From Waterburya sp. (GTDB taxonomy: Bacteria; Cyanobacteriota; Cyanobacteriia; Cyanobacteriales; Xenococcaceae): a stretch of 64,000 nucleotides of DNA. The stretch spans positions 3,840,001 through 3,904,000 of the forward strand of contig CBDCJV010000002.1 of assembly GCA_965217895.1 (NCBI GenBank). Reading direction: 5' to 3'. The notes beneath the pieces were generated by a model. That model searched no databases. It had not been told where the DNA came from and saw nothing but the letters and a program-made list of their open reading frames with translations. A program made the translations under genes and the position numbers. Below are positions 41,401-51,400 of the stretch, piece by piece. Numbering within the stretch: the first letter of the stretch is position 1; each line of letters opens with the position of its first letter.

Positions 41401-44283
41401 TGTACTGCTAGTGACTGCAAACTGCCTTATTTGCCCAATAGCTTAGAAATACGTCAGGCAGAAGATACAGATAACCCAGTAATTGCTACAGGCGATCGCA
41501 ACGGTGATATATTTTCTTTGGATATTAATAATTTTCCTCTTGCTTTACTAAATCTTGCCCCCGCCAAAGCAGCAGGAATTGACGGGGCTTTGCAGGGGAA
41601 AACTTCAGGGAAAGTTGCTCTCAATCTTTATACCTTAGCAGCCAAAGGTAATATTGCCATTGATAAGCCAGGAGTAGGCTATATCCAGGCAAAACAGCTT
41701 GATGCTAATTTCGACTACGATCCCGCCCAAAACATCGCCAAAATTACCAATTCTTCTCTGGAGTTGGGTAATAGTCAATACAATCTCAACGCTGCTTTAA
41801 ATCTTAAGTCAGGGGCAATTGACGGCAAGTTAGATATTCCCCAAGCATACATTCAAGATGCTTTGACTACTTTTCGCTGGTTTACGGTTGCAGACGTGAC
41901 TGACTTATTTAATATTCCCGATTACGGTGAAGCTGCTGCGGTTAAACCTGCCCCAGATAAAGAAACTGTCGATCAATCTATCGCTCGTAAACTAAATCAG
42001 TTACGTAATGTAAATAAAAAAATCCAGGCAAATGCAGCCCAAAAAGAAACAGGCAATGTTCCTACAGAATTAAATATCCAGGGCAAATATGTGGGACAAA
42101 TAACTTTAGGCGGAACAATTCAAACTCCCAAAGCAAACTTTAACGTAGAAGGAGATAACTGGCAGTGGCAGACCACCCCAGCCTATCCTAATATTGTTCC
42201 TCCTTTGGGTTTAGTTACCGAAGAGCCGCAATCTATAGATATTCCCCAACTGTCAGTTGCAGGAAATTTACTCGGAACAACGGTAGATTTAGATGAAGCA
42301 AAAATACAGGTTCAACAAGCAGTTTTATCTTTAAAAGGTAAGCTGTCTCCAGAACAAGAAGATGCTACATTTGCGATCGACAATTTAACCGTAGATAATA
42401 TTGGTAATTTTGTGAAGATTCCCGTGGATATAGCAGGAGAAATTAATGCCACAGGCACAATTAAAGGCACACCTAAAAATCCGAACTTAGCAGGAAAGGT
42501 TGCTTTTACAGACGGATCGTTTAACGGCAACGTCTTACCTGCAAAGCTAGCGGGAGATTTTAACTACGACGGCAGCAAACTAGCATTTAATACTACTGCA
42601 CCTGATTCAATTCGAGTAGAAGCCAGCGTACCCTATCCGATTATCCCAGGTAAAAGCGATCGCTTTACAGCTAAAGCTGATGTAGACAAAGAAGCATTTG
42701 TCTTTTTAAGTGCCTTTAGCCAAAACTATTTAAACTGGATTGGTGGCGATGGAAATGCCAAATTAAATGCTAATGCCCGCTTAGACTTAAACAGAAAAGG
42801 CATCATTTATGATTTGGATGCCAAAGGCGTAGTTAACCTCAAAGATGCTAATATCTCGGTAAAAACGCCTTTCTTTACTGAACCATTTGTCGGGACAGGC
42901 AAAATTACCTTAAATAATCAGATAGTTAACGTTGAAAATTTAGACGCTACCTTTGCCAAAAAAGATTTATCAGTTACGGGTAAATTGCCCATTCTCACCG
43001 CAGTTAATAACTTAGACAAGCCCCTAACTATCGATCTTCCCCCAGGTGATATTGATATTAGAAAGCTATATAAAGGCGGAGTCGAGGGACAAGTTAAAGT
43101 TACAGGGGCATCTTTAGAACCTGTAATAGGCGGGGAAGTTACTCTAGAAAATGGTAAAGTATCTCTTCCTAAAGCTGAAGCCCCTACCCAAGAAGAAACT
43201 GTTCAATTAGCCAAGAGCAAGCTTAGCAATACGGTTTCAGGCGCAAACGCACTGTCTAACCAAGGAAATAATCAACAACCCGCTGCTAAATCCTCTGGTT
43301 TTGTTACTGCCTTGAATAACCTCAAGGTCAACCTCAAAGACTTTAACTTTGAACAAACCCCTGTATATAAATTTAAGCTTAATGGCGGTTTGACTCTCAA
43401 CGGTACGGTCGATCAACCAAGCAACATTATTCCTAAAGGAACTTTAACCCTTGCCCGTGCCGACGTAAACCTATTTAGCAACAAATTTGATTTAGATCGT
43501 AGTCGAAAAAATACGATAATCTTTACTCCAGAAGCTGGAGTATTCGACCCTGCCCTTGATATTATTTTAAACACCGAAGTTGAAGATGTTCAGCAACAAC
43601 AATTGAATAGTATACGTTCAGTTGATGCTAACTCTAATGAAATAAACGATCCTCTGTCAGAGAATAATAGTGAAACTGTCAGAATTAGTTTGGTAATTGA
43701 TGGCGAAACCGCAGAAATATTGCCTAATTTGGCTCAAGACAGCACTAACTGTATTGTTCGTCCTATCGATGCTCCTTTAGTTGAAAATAAAAAGTACTAC
43801 ACTCAAGCAGAATTAAATCGGCTGACAAATTGTTTTAATCAAGGATCTTTGACACAAGGCGATCGCAACTTGATCAATTCTCCAGCAGTAAAATTGACTA
43901 GTACTCCTTCTCTCGGTCAAGGAGAAATTATCGGCTTATTAAGTGGTCGATTCCTAGATTTTGCCAGCAATTTGGGCAACGGTGGCGATAGTCAATCGAC
44001 TTTATTTAGGACAGGAGTACAAAACTTTGTGATCAATCCTCTTTTTAACAAATTTTTATACAAGGTAGAAGACACAACAGTAGGTTTGGGTAAAAAAATT
44101 GGTCTAAATTATTTAACTATATATCCTGACTTAGAAGGTATCTATGAGATTAACAAAGATTCGTCGCTGCGTTTTACCTACACTCATAATCTATTTAATA
44201 AGGCTGTTGAAGCTATCAATAATACAGCAAATGAACAAAGAAGCAGTAATGAAGTTAGACTGGAATATCAAAGAAATTTCTAA
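38455..44283 (+). CDS. tamB: TamB/AsmA-like (DUF490) protein, paralog 2
   Basis: N-terminal TM; beta-repeat body; LYKGGVEG, ARADVNLF, FDPALDI, LTSTPSLGQGEIIGLL and C-terminal EYQRNF. Confidence 0.86.
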   Translation: MTKSINQPPNPEPEKPNPVKRLISKLKSSPKTVATGAVAIAALGSLGYWGTQVLVKKKLPPFLESQIGKFIQRPIDLGEVKGFSLGGIEFGKTVIPATASDPDKVEVDGVKVGFNIFPVLFRRTLPIDVALIHPNIYLEQEKDGQWINLDFLKNDKKKKEPLVYFDVDLDVDQADITAVPYEQNPLKAEVDGTGRFNQKQEFLSYDLDAGIEKAKATIQGETKLKTLTTDTKLLVKDLALADVATLLPNSPVKLNSGLLNANLDINIPSWKEINTANIKGMVNLQNVAGKATNLNAPVSAESELNFSGRNADVKQTQASLGDITAQVGGKVNLDSGYNLNLNVLPFQLASIPNNLIKQVPVDLAGEVEAQLKVRGAIKDPQLRGNINNTQPVRIDKTSFKQINADFQANLDKVVLNNVQINPVAGGNVTAKGTIETNLRQALENKKAIDAVKMPLDFTFQADLPTQKLVTPYYQFPQQVAVGNLKAKGQVNGTVNNPNALVNWSIPQASANNLEDIAGSGELAFADNKLSLRDTEITYGDGKADVEADANLDNKQWQANLDANSLNLTPFLAQVKNPNLNLNRPVAVNTAKANLNGRLDRLDVEKINGTADLNLNVDGGDVVVNSQLNSGNVKAKAVTNNIQLDRFVTSLPVAASLQSGTVNASGKLKQLLAFKDNPSLNSVKADADLNLSVDGEAVAVNSQIDSGRVQANANTSQIDLNRIVPNLPVPANIRSSQVRASGELKQLLTFAKNPDLSTVDARVDADLGVADGTVKAIASLQNNQWQANVNATNVNSQLLINEFAPDKFASVKLDNLNAQADLSGDIKPVLNKNINVPVAINNFTANSGAQNIDAKGNLTLSNVTSNLDIAKTNLDVVANLDFDQLPIDRVIAAASQDDRLIAENVNIAGKATFNGQFQGKQLISAPSDPGNINLTGDLQLQNFAFNDIAFDPVMAGTVNVQTGKEIALNLKGEQDVIAANAVPCTASDCKLPYLPNSLEIRQAEDTDNPVIATGDRNGDIFSLDINNFPLALLNLAPAKAAGIDGALQGKTSGKVALNLYTLAAKGNIAIDKPGVGYIQAKQLDANFDYDPAQNIAKITNSSLELGNSQYNLNAALNLKSGAIDGKLDIPQAYIQDALTTFRWFTVADVTDLFNIPDYGEAAAVKPAPDKETVDQSIARKLNQLRNVNKKIQANAAQKETGNVPTELNIQGKYVGQITLGGTIQTPKANFNVEGDNWQWQTTPAYPNIVPPLGLVTEEPQSIDIPQLSVAGNLLGTTVDLDEAKIQVQQAVLSLKGKLSPEQEDATFAIDNLTVDNIGNFVKIPVDIAGEINATGTIKGTPKNPNLAGKVAFTDGSFNGNVLPAKLAGDFNYDGSKLAFNTTAPDSIRVEASVPYPIIPGKSDRFTAKADVDKEAFVFLSAFSQNYLNWIGGDGNAKLNANARLDLNRKGIIYDLDAKGVVNLKDANISVKTPFFTEPFVGTGKITLNNQIVNVENLDATFAKKDLSVTGKLPILTAVNNLDKPLTIDLPPGDIDIRKLYKGGVEGQVKVTGASLEPVIGGEVTLENGKVSLPKAEAPTQEETVQLAKSKLSNTVSGANALSNQGNNQQPAAKSSGFVTALNNLKVNLKDFNFEQTPVYKFKLNGGLTLNGTVDQPSNIIPKGTLTLARADVNLFSNKFDLDRSRKNTIIFTPEAGVFDPALDIILNTEVEDVQQQQLNSIRSVDANSNEINDPLSENNSETVRISLVIDGETAEILPNLAQDSTNCIVRPIDAPLVENKKYYTQAELNRLTNCFNQGSLTQGDRNLINSPAVKLTSTPSLGQGEIIGLLSGRFLDFASNLGNGGDSQSTLFRTGVQNFVINPLFNKFLYKVEDTTVGLGKKIGLNYLTIYPDLEGIYEINKDSSLRFTYTHNLFNKAVEAINNTANEQRSSNEVRLEYQRNF

Positions 44284-44418
44284 TGAGTTAGCTGGTTTTT
44301 AGTACAAAAACACTAACAATACTTATAACTTTTAGATTTTTGGTTATAGACTATAGCAATTGCAAAATATAGTAAAAAGATAGTTTAATATCTATTTAAT
44401 CCACTTTCAAATAGTCGA

Positions 44419-45123
44419 ATGCAGATTAAACTTTCTCTTTCTCCTTGGACAGTTGTTAAGTATTTAATGATTGGAGTTATTTTTTTTACCGTTGTTAGTA
44501 CGGGAATTCAAATTGCCAAGTATGTTTTCGACTATCGACAGGATTGGATGAAGATGTTAAATCTAGATAGAGAGCTGAATTTCCCTAGCTGGTTTTCTAC
44601 TTTTATGATTGGCTTTTGCTCGATTTTGCTCAAAATTATTGCCACAGGCAAAAAACAGCAGGGCGATCGCTATACTAAAGATTGGCAGTTATTATCATTT
44701 ATTTTTCTTTGGCTGGCGATCGATGAATTAGTGAGTATTCACGAGATTCTTATTATTCCGCAACTCAGTGATGCTCTTCATCTTCCTTGGTTTCTTCATT
44801 CCCTGTGGGTTATTCCTGGCACGGTTTTTGTTGCCTGGTTTGCCAAACGCTACATTAGATTTGTGCGCCATTTACCACCAAAGACTAAAAAACACTTTGT
44901 TTTGGCAGCCTGTGTTTATATTGGTGGCGCGTTAGTAATGGAAATGGTTGGTAGCTATTTTGCAGAAGCCCAGGGACAACAGCATTTGACCTACGCTTTG
45001 ATTGCTACCGTCGAGGAGTTTATGGAAATGGTGGGCATTGTGATGTTTATTTATGGTTTGCTTTACTATCTGAGTGAATGGGCAAAAACCTTAGATCTGC
45101 GAATTGATATTTTAAATCTGTAA
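44419..45123 (+). CDS. Uncharacterised multi-pass membrane protein
   Basis: About 6 hydrophobic segments; LDRELNFPSWFS, IDELVSIHE and VEEFMEMVG motifs. Confidence 0.75.
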   Translation: MQIKLSLSPWTVVKYLMIGVIFFTVVSTGIQIAKYVFDYRQDWMKMLNLDRELNFPSWFSTFMIGFCSILLKIIATGKKQQGDRYTKDWQLLSFIFLWLAIDELVSIHEILIIPQLSDALHLPWFLHSLWVIPGTVFVAWFAKRYIRFVRHLPPKTKKHFVLAACVYIGGALVMEMVGSYFAEAQGQQHLTYALIATVEEFMEMVGIVMFIYGLLYYLSEWAKTLDLRIDILNL

Positions 45124-45131
45124 AGAGCTAT

Positions 45132-45410
45132 TAGACCTCTTGCGCGAATCAAAAATATTGTATTGGTTGAGAATGAGGTTAGAGGTCAGAAGTATTTAAT
45201 TGTAGGGCTTCTAAGATCTAATAATGCTAGATTTATAGTAATTTTAAATAAGAATTGAGCGTAGCAGTAGAGAGGAGATGAATGAGCTACAGCATTGATT
45301 TGCGTAAAAGAATACTGTTCGTAGCTCTTAGCTCTTAGCTTTTGACATAACTTCATTTCTTAAATTATAAAAGTAATCAGCCTACTATCGTACCCCGATT
45401 CAGCAACGCC
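45132..45410. mobile_element. Composite transposon debris: IS630 5' remnant joined to the right half of a GGCGTTGCTGA MITE
   Basis: GAGGAG SD then ATG 45282 reading MSYSIDLRKRI (IS630-type N-terminus); then GTTCGTAGCTCTTAGCTCTTAGC and ATTCAGCAACGCC (45398-45410), matching the 7524 MITE. Confidence 0.6.
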
Positions 45411-45487
45411 TTTGATTGTTAGATAGTAGGTAGTTAGGGCAATTTTCTGTGACCATATGTGAAACCATATCCGTAAAAGATGAACTA

Positions 45488-48400
45488 CTAACTACTAACT
45501 ACTAACTTTTCTAAATTATCCATCGTCGTCAGAATTTGTGTTTCAGAATGCAGACTGGTAATAAAAAAGCGTAATCGCGCAGCATCATAGGGAACTGAAG
45601 GATATACCATCGGCTGAACGTTGATTCCTGCTTGTCCCAAAAGCTGAGATAAATTTACTGCCTTATGAGGTTCGCCGACAATAATGGGAATTATGGGAGA
45701 ATCGGCGCTATAGCCAGTATTAAAGCCTTTGCTTTTAGCTAAATTTAGACAAAATTTAGCTCTACTTTGTAACTTAATTGCTCTTTCTGGTTCAGATTTA
45801 AGTAACCTGATAGCTGTTAAAGCTGCTGCGGTATTAGCGGGGGACATCCCGACGCTGAATACAAAACCAGGGGCTGTATATTTAAGATATTGAATTAACT
45901 CACGACAGCCAGCAATATAACCCCCGCAGCTAGCAAAAGATTTGCTGAGTGTACCCATCCATAAGTCTACGTCAGTGGGTTGCAGGTTAAAGTGTTCTCT
46001 GATTCCTCCACCAGATAAACCTAATACACCGATAGAATGAGCTTCATCTACCAGTAGGAAAGTTTGATAGTGGTGCTTTAGTTCTACTATTTTGGGGACA
46101 GGTGCTAAATCACCATCAGTGCTATAAATACCTTCAACAGCAATTAAGACTTTTTGATATTTAGTTCTTTCTCGTTCTAAGATTGCCTCTAGAGCCTGAT
46201 AATCGTTGTGAGGAAAATCAATAATTGTTGCCCCCGATAGGTTGCAACCTTCCCTAATGCTATTGTGACTAAGAGCATCACAGATAATCAAATCTTTTTC
46301 ATTAAACAGATGACCAATAGTACTCACGTTGGTAGCATGACCACCAACATAAACGATCGCATCTTCTGTGCCAATAAAGTCAGCTATCTCCCGTTCTAAT
46401 TCTAAATGTAAGGGACGCTCACCTGATAATACCCGACTGGCGGAAACTGATGTTCCGTATTTGGCGATCGCTTTTTGGGTAGCCTCTATCACCACAGGAT
46501 CTCCAGACATCCCGATATAGTTGTAGCTAGAGTAATTAATTAACTCGCGCCCATTTGTTTTAATTGTGTCTTGGGCAATACCTTGATGGAGACTAAAGAA
46601 AGGATTACCAAGTTTTTTGACTCGTTCTAAATCTTTTTTAAGATTGATATATTCTGGAGTTGATTTGAATTGACTGTATTCAGGCTTGATATTAATCTGG
46701 GTTCGTTTTGCTGGTAATATTGTTATTTTGTTTGGTATTTCCTGTAGGGGCGAACAACCGTTCGTCCATACATCGCGAATCGCCCCTACATTTACATTTT
46801 GCAAAACATTACCAACAGATAGTTCTTGGGCAATATAATCTGTTAACAGTTCGACATTAGGATAATCGAATGCTGCGGTTAGAGATACGGCATCACCAAG
46901 ACTGGCTTGCAGATTATTTTTGAACTCTACCGCCATTAATGAATCCATACCAAGATCGGCAAATTTTTCTTGAGTATCAATATCTTCAGGATCGCTAAAG
47001 CCCAATACCTTGGCTATTTGTTCCCGTATATGTGACTGTAAAATATGATGCTGCTTGTCTTCTGGTGCGCTGGCTAATTGCTGCAAGAAAGAAGAAGTTA
47101 AGGCGGATTTAGTTTCTGTTTGCGGTTGTAATCTCTCAAAGAAAGGATTGTCTGGCTGTTGGCGTAGGAAGGTAGCCCAATCTACGGGGAAAACAATTGT
47201 TTGATTTGCCTGTTGCTGTAATAATTGTTTTAATACTTTTAGTCCTTGCTGTGGCGCGATCGCATTTAACCCTTGTTGCTTTAATTTCTCTTGTTGCTGA
47301 GAAGTCATGCGACTAGCCATACCTACTTCATCCCAGATACTCCAGTTGATGCTCAATCCTGGTAAGCCTAAATTTCGGCGATAGCTCATCAAGTTGTCCA
47401 TGAAGGCGTTGGCTGCTGCATAGTTACTTTGCCCTGCTGCACCAAACACCGAAACAATAGAAGAGAAGCACACAAACCAATCTAAAGGCTGTTCTTTGGT
47501 AGCCAAATGTAGATTCCAAGCACCTGTAATTTTTGGCTGTAAAACGGCTTGAAAACGCTCCCAGGATAGTGTTTTTAATAATCCATCATCCAGCCTTCCT
47601 GCTGCGTGAATAACTCCCCTTATTCGATATTGGGAGACACTTTTTGATTCTAATTTTTCATTACTAAAAATATTTTTGACTGCCTCGTAATCAGTAATAT
47701 CAGCTTGGATGACATTAACTGTGACATCTTGTCGTTTTAATTTATCTATTGCTTGTTGAGCCTGTTTTGTAGGTTGGTTTCTACCTAAGAGAATTAGATT
47801 CTTTGCGCCTTCTTGGGCTAACCAGTTTGCTACCTGTAAGCCTAATGCACCAAAACCACCCGTAATTAAATAGCTGCCATCACTTTTAACTACTTGATTA
47901 CTAGTAGGCATAGATATAACAACCTTGCCGATATGTTTGGCTTGCGCCATATAACGAAAGGCATCATCGGCTTGTTCTATGGGAAAAACTTTGTGGGGTA
48001 AAGGCTTAAGTGTTCGCTCAACAAACTGTTGTCTCAATTCGGCAAATAAGCTGGCAATTAAATCAGGATCTCGATCAGAAACTTCTAGTAGATCGAAAGG
48101 AAAATAACTAATGTCTGGTCGTTTTTTTGTTATCTGTGCTTTATTCCAGATTCCAACCTTGCCAATTTCTACAAATCTACCTTCTGGTGTGAGAATATCC
48201 AGATTCTTAGAAATAAAATCACCGTTAAGACTATTAAGAACTAGATCTACTCCCTTGCCATCCGTAAGCTGCATTACTTCCTCAGCAAAATCGAGAGTAC
48301 GGGAGTTCATGACATATTTAACTCCTGATGCTTTAAGAAACTCCCATTTACCCACTGAAGCGGTAGCATATATCTCTGCCCCTGCTTGTTGCGCTATTTG

Positions 48401-51400
48401 TACCGCAGCTTGCCCTACACCTCCCGCAGCAGCATGAATCAAGATCTTGTCTCCAGCCTTGATTTTTGCCAGATAGTGTAGCCCGTAATATGCCGTTAAG
48501 AAAGTGGTGGGTATAGTAGCAGCTTCAGCATAGTTTAAATGATCTGGTTTGGCGATCGCAAATCTAGCATCAACCGTCACATGACTACTCAAGCTGCCTA
48601 CCGCTTGGGCAGCAATTATCTCATCTCCTATCTGAAAATTTGTAACTCCAACCCCTACAGCCACAATAACCCCTGCACATTCGCCTCCAAAAGGTACGCC
48701 CGTAGAGTCGGCAAATCCCATTGCTTGCAGGTATTCTTTTAATACTCCCAAAGCATTTAAAATATCACGGAAGTTTACCCCACTAGCGGTTACTTCAATT
48801 TCGATTTCACCTGGTTGGGGAGGGCGACGCTGTAAGGGTGCAAGAGTGAGATTGTCTAATGTGCCGTATTCAGATAGTTGCAGACGGAAGGGATTATTTA
48901 AAGTATTGTTTTGAGGTGCAAGTCTAGCGACATATCTTTGCTGGTTGTAATAAGCAACTTGAGTCTCACCATCAGATAATAATAATTCTGGTAATAATTG
49001 TTCTACATTTACATTATCAAAATCAATTAAATTACAGCTAAGACTCGCATATTCCTGCTGAATTGTTCTACCTAATCCCCAAACAGAACCTGATAAATTG
49101 TGAGCTGATTTAAATTGAGTTTGCTCAGTAATAATAGTAAGTTGATTTAAATTTAAATTCTCTTGTGTGGACAACGACTGTATTAAATTGAAAATACCTT
49201 GGCAATCTCGATCATATGTAGGGGCGAACGGCCGTTCGCCCTTACACTGCGAATCGCCCCTACTGAAATAAACAATTTTTAAATTGGTAATCTTTTTGCG
49301 TTTAATAACTTGCCAGAGCTTTTTAAAATCTTCTGGATGATTGAAATTAATTGTATATTGATTATTTTTTTGACGTTTAAATTTACCGCCTTTTACTAAT
49401 AAAATACCTGATAATTTATCTGCCAATTTCTGAGATAAATCAGTTTGATCGGTAAAAATTAGCCAGCAATCTTTACCTATAGTTTTAGTAAGATTTTCTG
49501 TATCTAAATCTTTAGCTTCCCAATCAATTCCATATAACCAGTTATCAGTACAAGCTTCTTCTTTTACTGGCGCATCAATTAGTTTGTGTAGCGATCGCAA
49601 ACTCAAATATTGTAATGACAAGTCCGTCATTTCAGCAACCAAATCACCTAAATTATCTACCAAAAATAAATCCGCTTTTAGAATTTGACTATTACCAGTC
49701 AGCTTAATATTTACCTGCGCCCAAACCTTATTGTTACAGCTTTGATATACTTTTAAAGATTCTATACCTACTGGTAAATAAACTCCCTGAGTTGACTCTA
49801 TAGCTGCGCCAATTAATTGTAAGCAGGAATCTAATAAAGCAGGATGTAACTGATAGTTTTCGTTGGTTATTTTATCTGGTATTTCAATATAGCCAAGAGC
49901 CTGGTCATCTCCTTTCCATAGTTGTTTGATACCTTGAAAGTTAACGCCATAGTTCAAACCTTTGTCGCTTAATTCTTGATAGTAATTTGATATGTCTAGG
50001 ATAGGTTGCAATCGCGATTTGACATCTTTTATATTTATCTGAACCGAAATATTTTTAAGCACAGGTTTAATAATTGATTCGCAGTGTAAAGCAAAATCAC
50101 TTTCTCGATCATTTTTACTAAATATTTGCAGACGACTACAATTTTCTAATTTACTAATAACTGTTTGCAGTTCAGTTACTTTATCTGACAATAATAAAGG
50201 CTTTTTAATAGTAAACTGCTCAAGCTGAAAATTACTATCTGAATATATATACTTACCTGCTATTAACGCCATTTCTATATAAGCCGTAGCGGGAAATACT
50301 GTTTGATTTTCTAAACAATGATCCTGTAAATATTCAGGATTATGAGCATTCACCTGTCCCTTAAAGTATATTTCTGAAGTAACAGCCAAAGTTATAGGAT
50401 TACCAAGTAAAAGATGTAATTGCTGTTGAATATTTAAATTATCTTCTGTCCAAAACTTTGCTTTCTCCCACCAATATTTTTGACGCTGAAAAGGATAAGT
50501 AGGCAGTTTAACACCTTGAGCAAAATAACCTTGATTGAATACCCGCCAGTCAATTCCTATTCCCTGATGATATAGCTGTGCCACACTATTTAAAATCACC
50601 TGCCAATCGTTTTGTTTGTCAGAAAGACTAGGAAGCAAGATGGGATGATCATCTACTTCTGTGGCTAAGATTGTTTTCCCAATACTAGCCAGAATTGGCT
50701 TTGCACCAATTTCTAAAAAGATATCAACGTCTTGCTGTAATAGAAACTGAAAACTATCAGCAAATTTAACTGGTTGAATTATATGATTAACCCAGTAATC
50801 AGAACTAATAATTTCTTCTTTAGCTAACTGTGCCGTAACATTAGAAACTAAAGGAATCTTTGGCGCAGCGTAGGTTATTTCTGCTGCCACTGCTTGAAAA
50901 TCAGCCAACATCGGTTTCATTAAGGGAGAATGGAAGGCATGGGAAACTTCTAAGAGAGTGCTGCTAATATCTATTTGAGCCAACTTATCTTCAATTACTG
51001 CTAAAGTATCTTTCTTCCCTGCAATAACGGTATTTTGATTATTGTTAATTGCTGCAATACTAACTTCTTCCTTATAAGTAGCTATCAATTCTGCAATTTT
51101 TGCCTGACTACTAAAAATAGCCAGCATTCCCCCCGATGAAGGTAATTCCTCCATTAGTCTGCCTCTAGTGGCAACAAGCTTTAGACCATCTGCTAAACTA
51201 AAAACCCCTGCGACACAGGCTGCAACATATTCTCCAATACTATGTCCCGCAACATAATCGGGCTTGATACCCCAAGAAAGCCATAATTGCGCCAAGGCAT
51301 ATTCTATAGAGAAAATTGCAGGTTGAGTATATATTGTTCGGTTAATTTCCGTAGGGGCGTTTCGCGAAACGCCCTTACATTTCGCCCCGATATTTATGGT

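Noticed and set aside
45488..46700. Saxitoxin sxtA or biotin bioF
   Set aside because: SxtA has MT-GNAT-ACP-AONS architecture and no sxt genes are nearby; here the AOS is fused to a full reducing PKS module.
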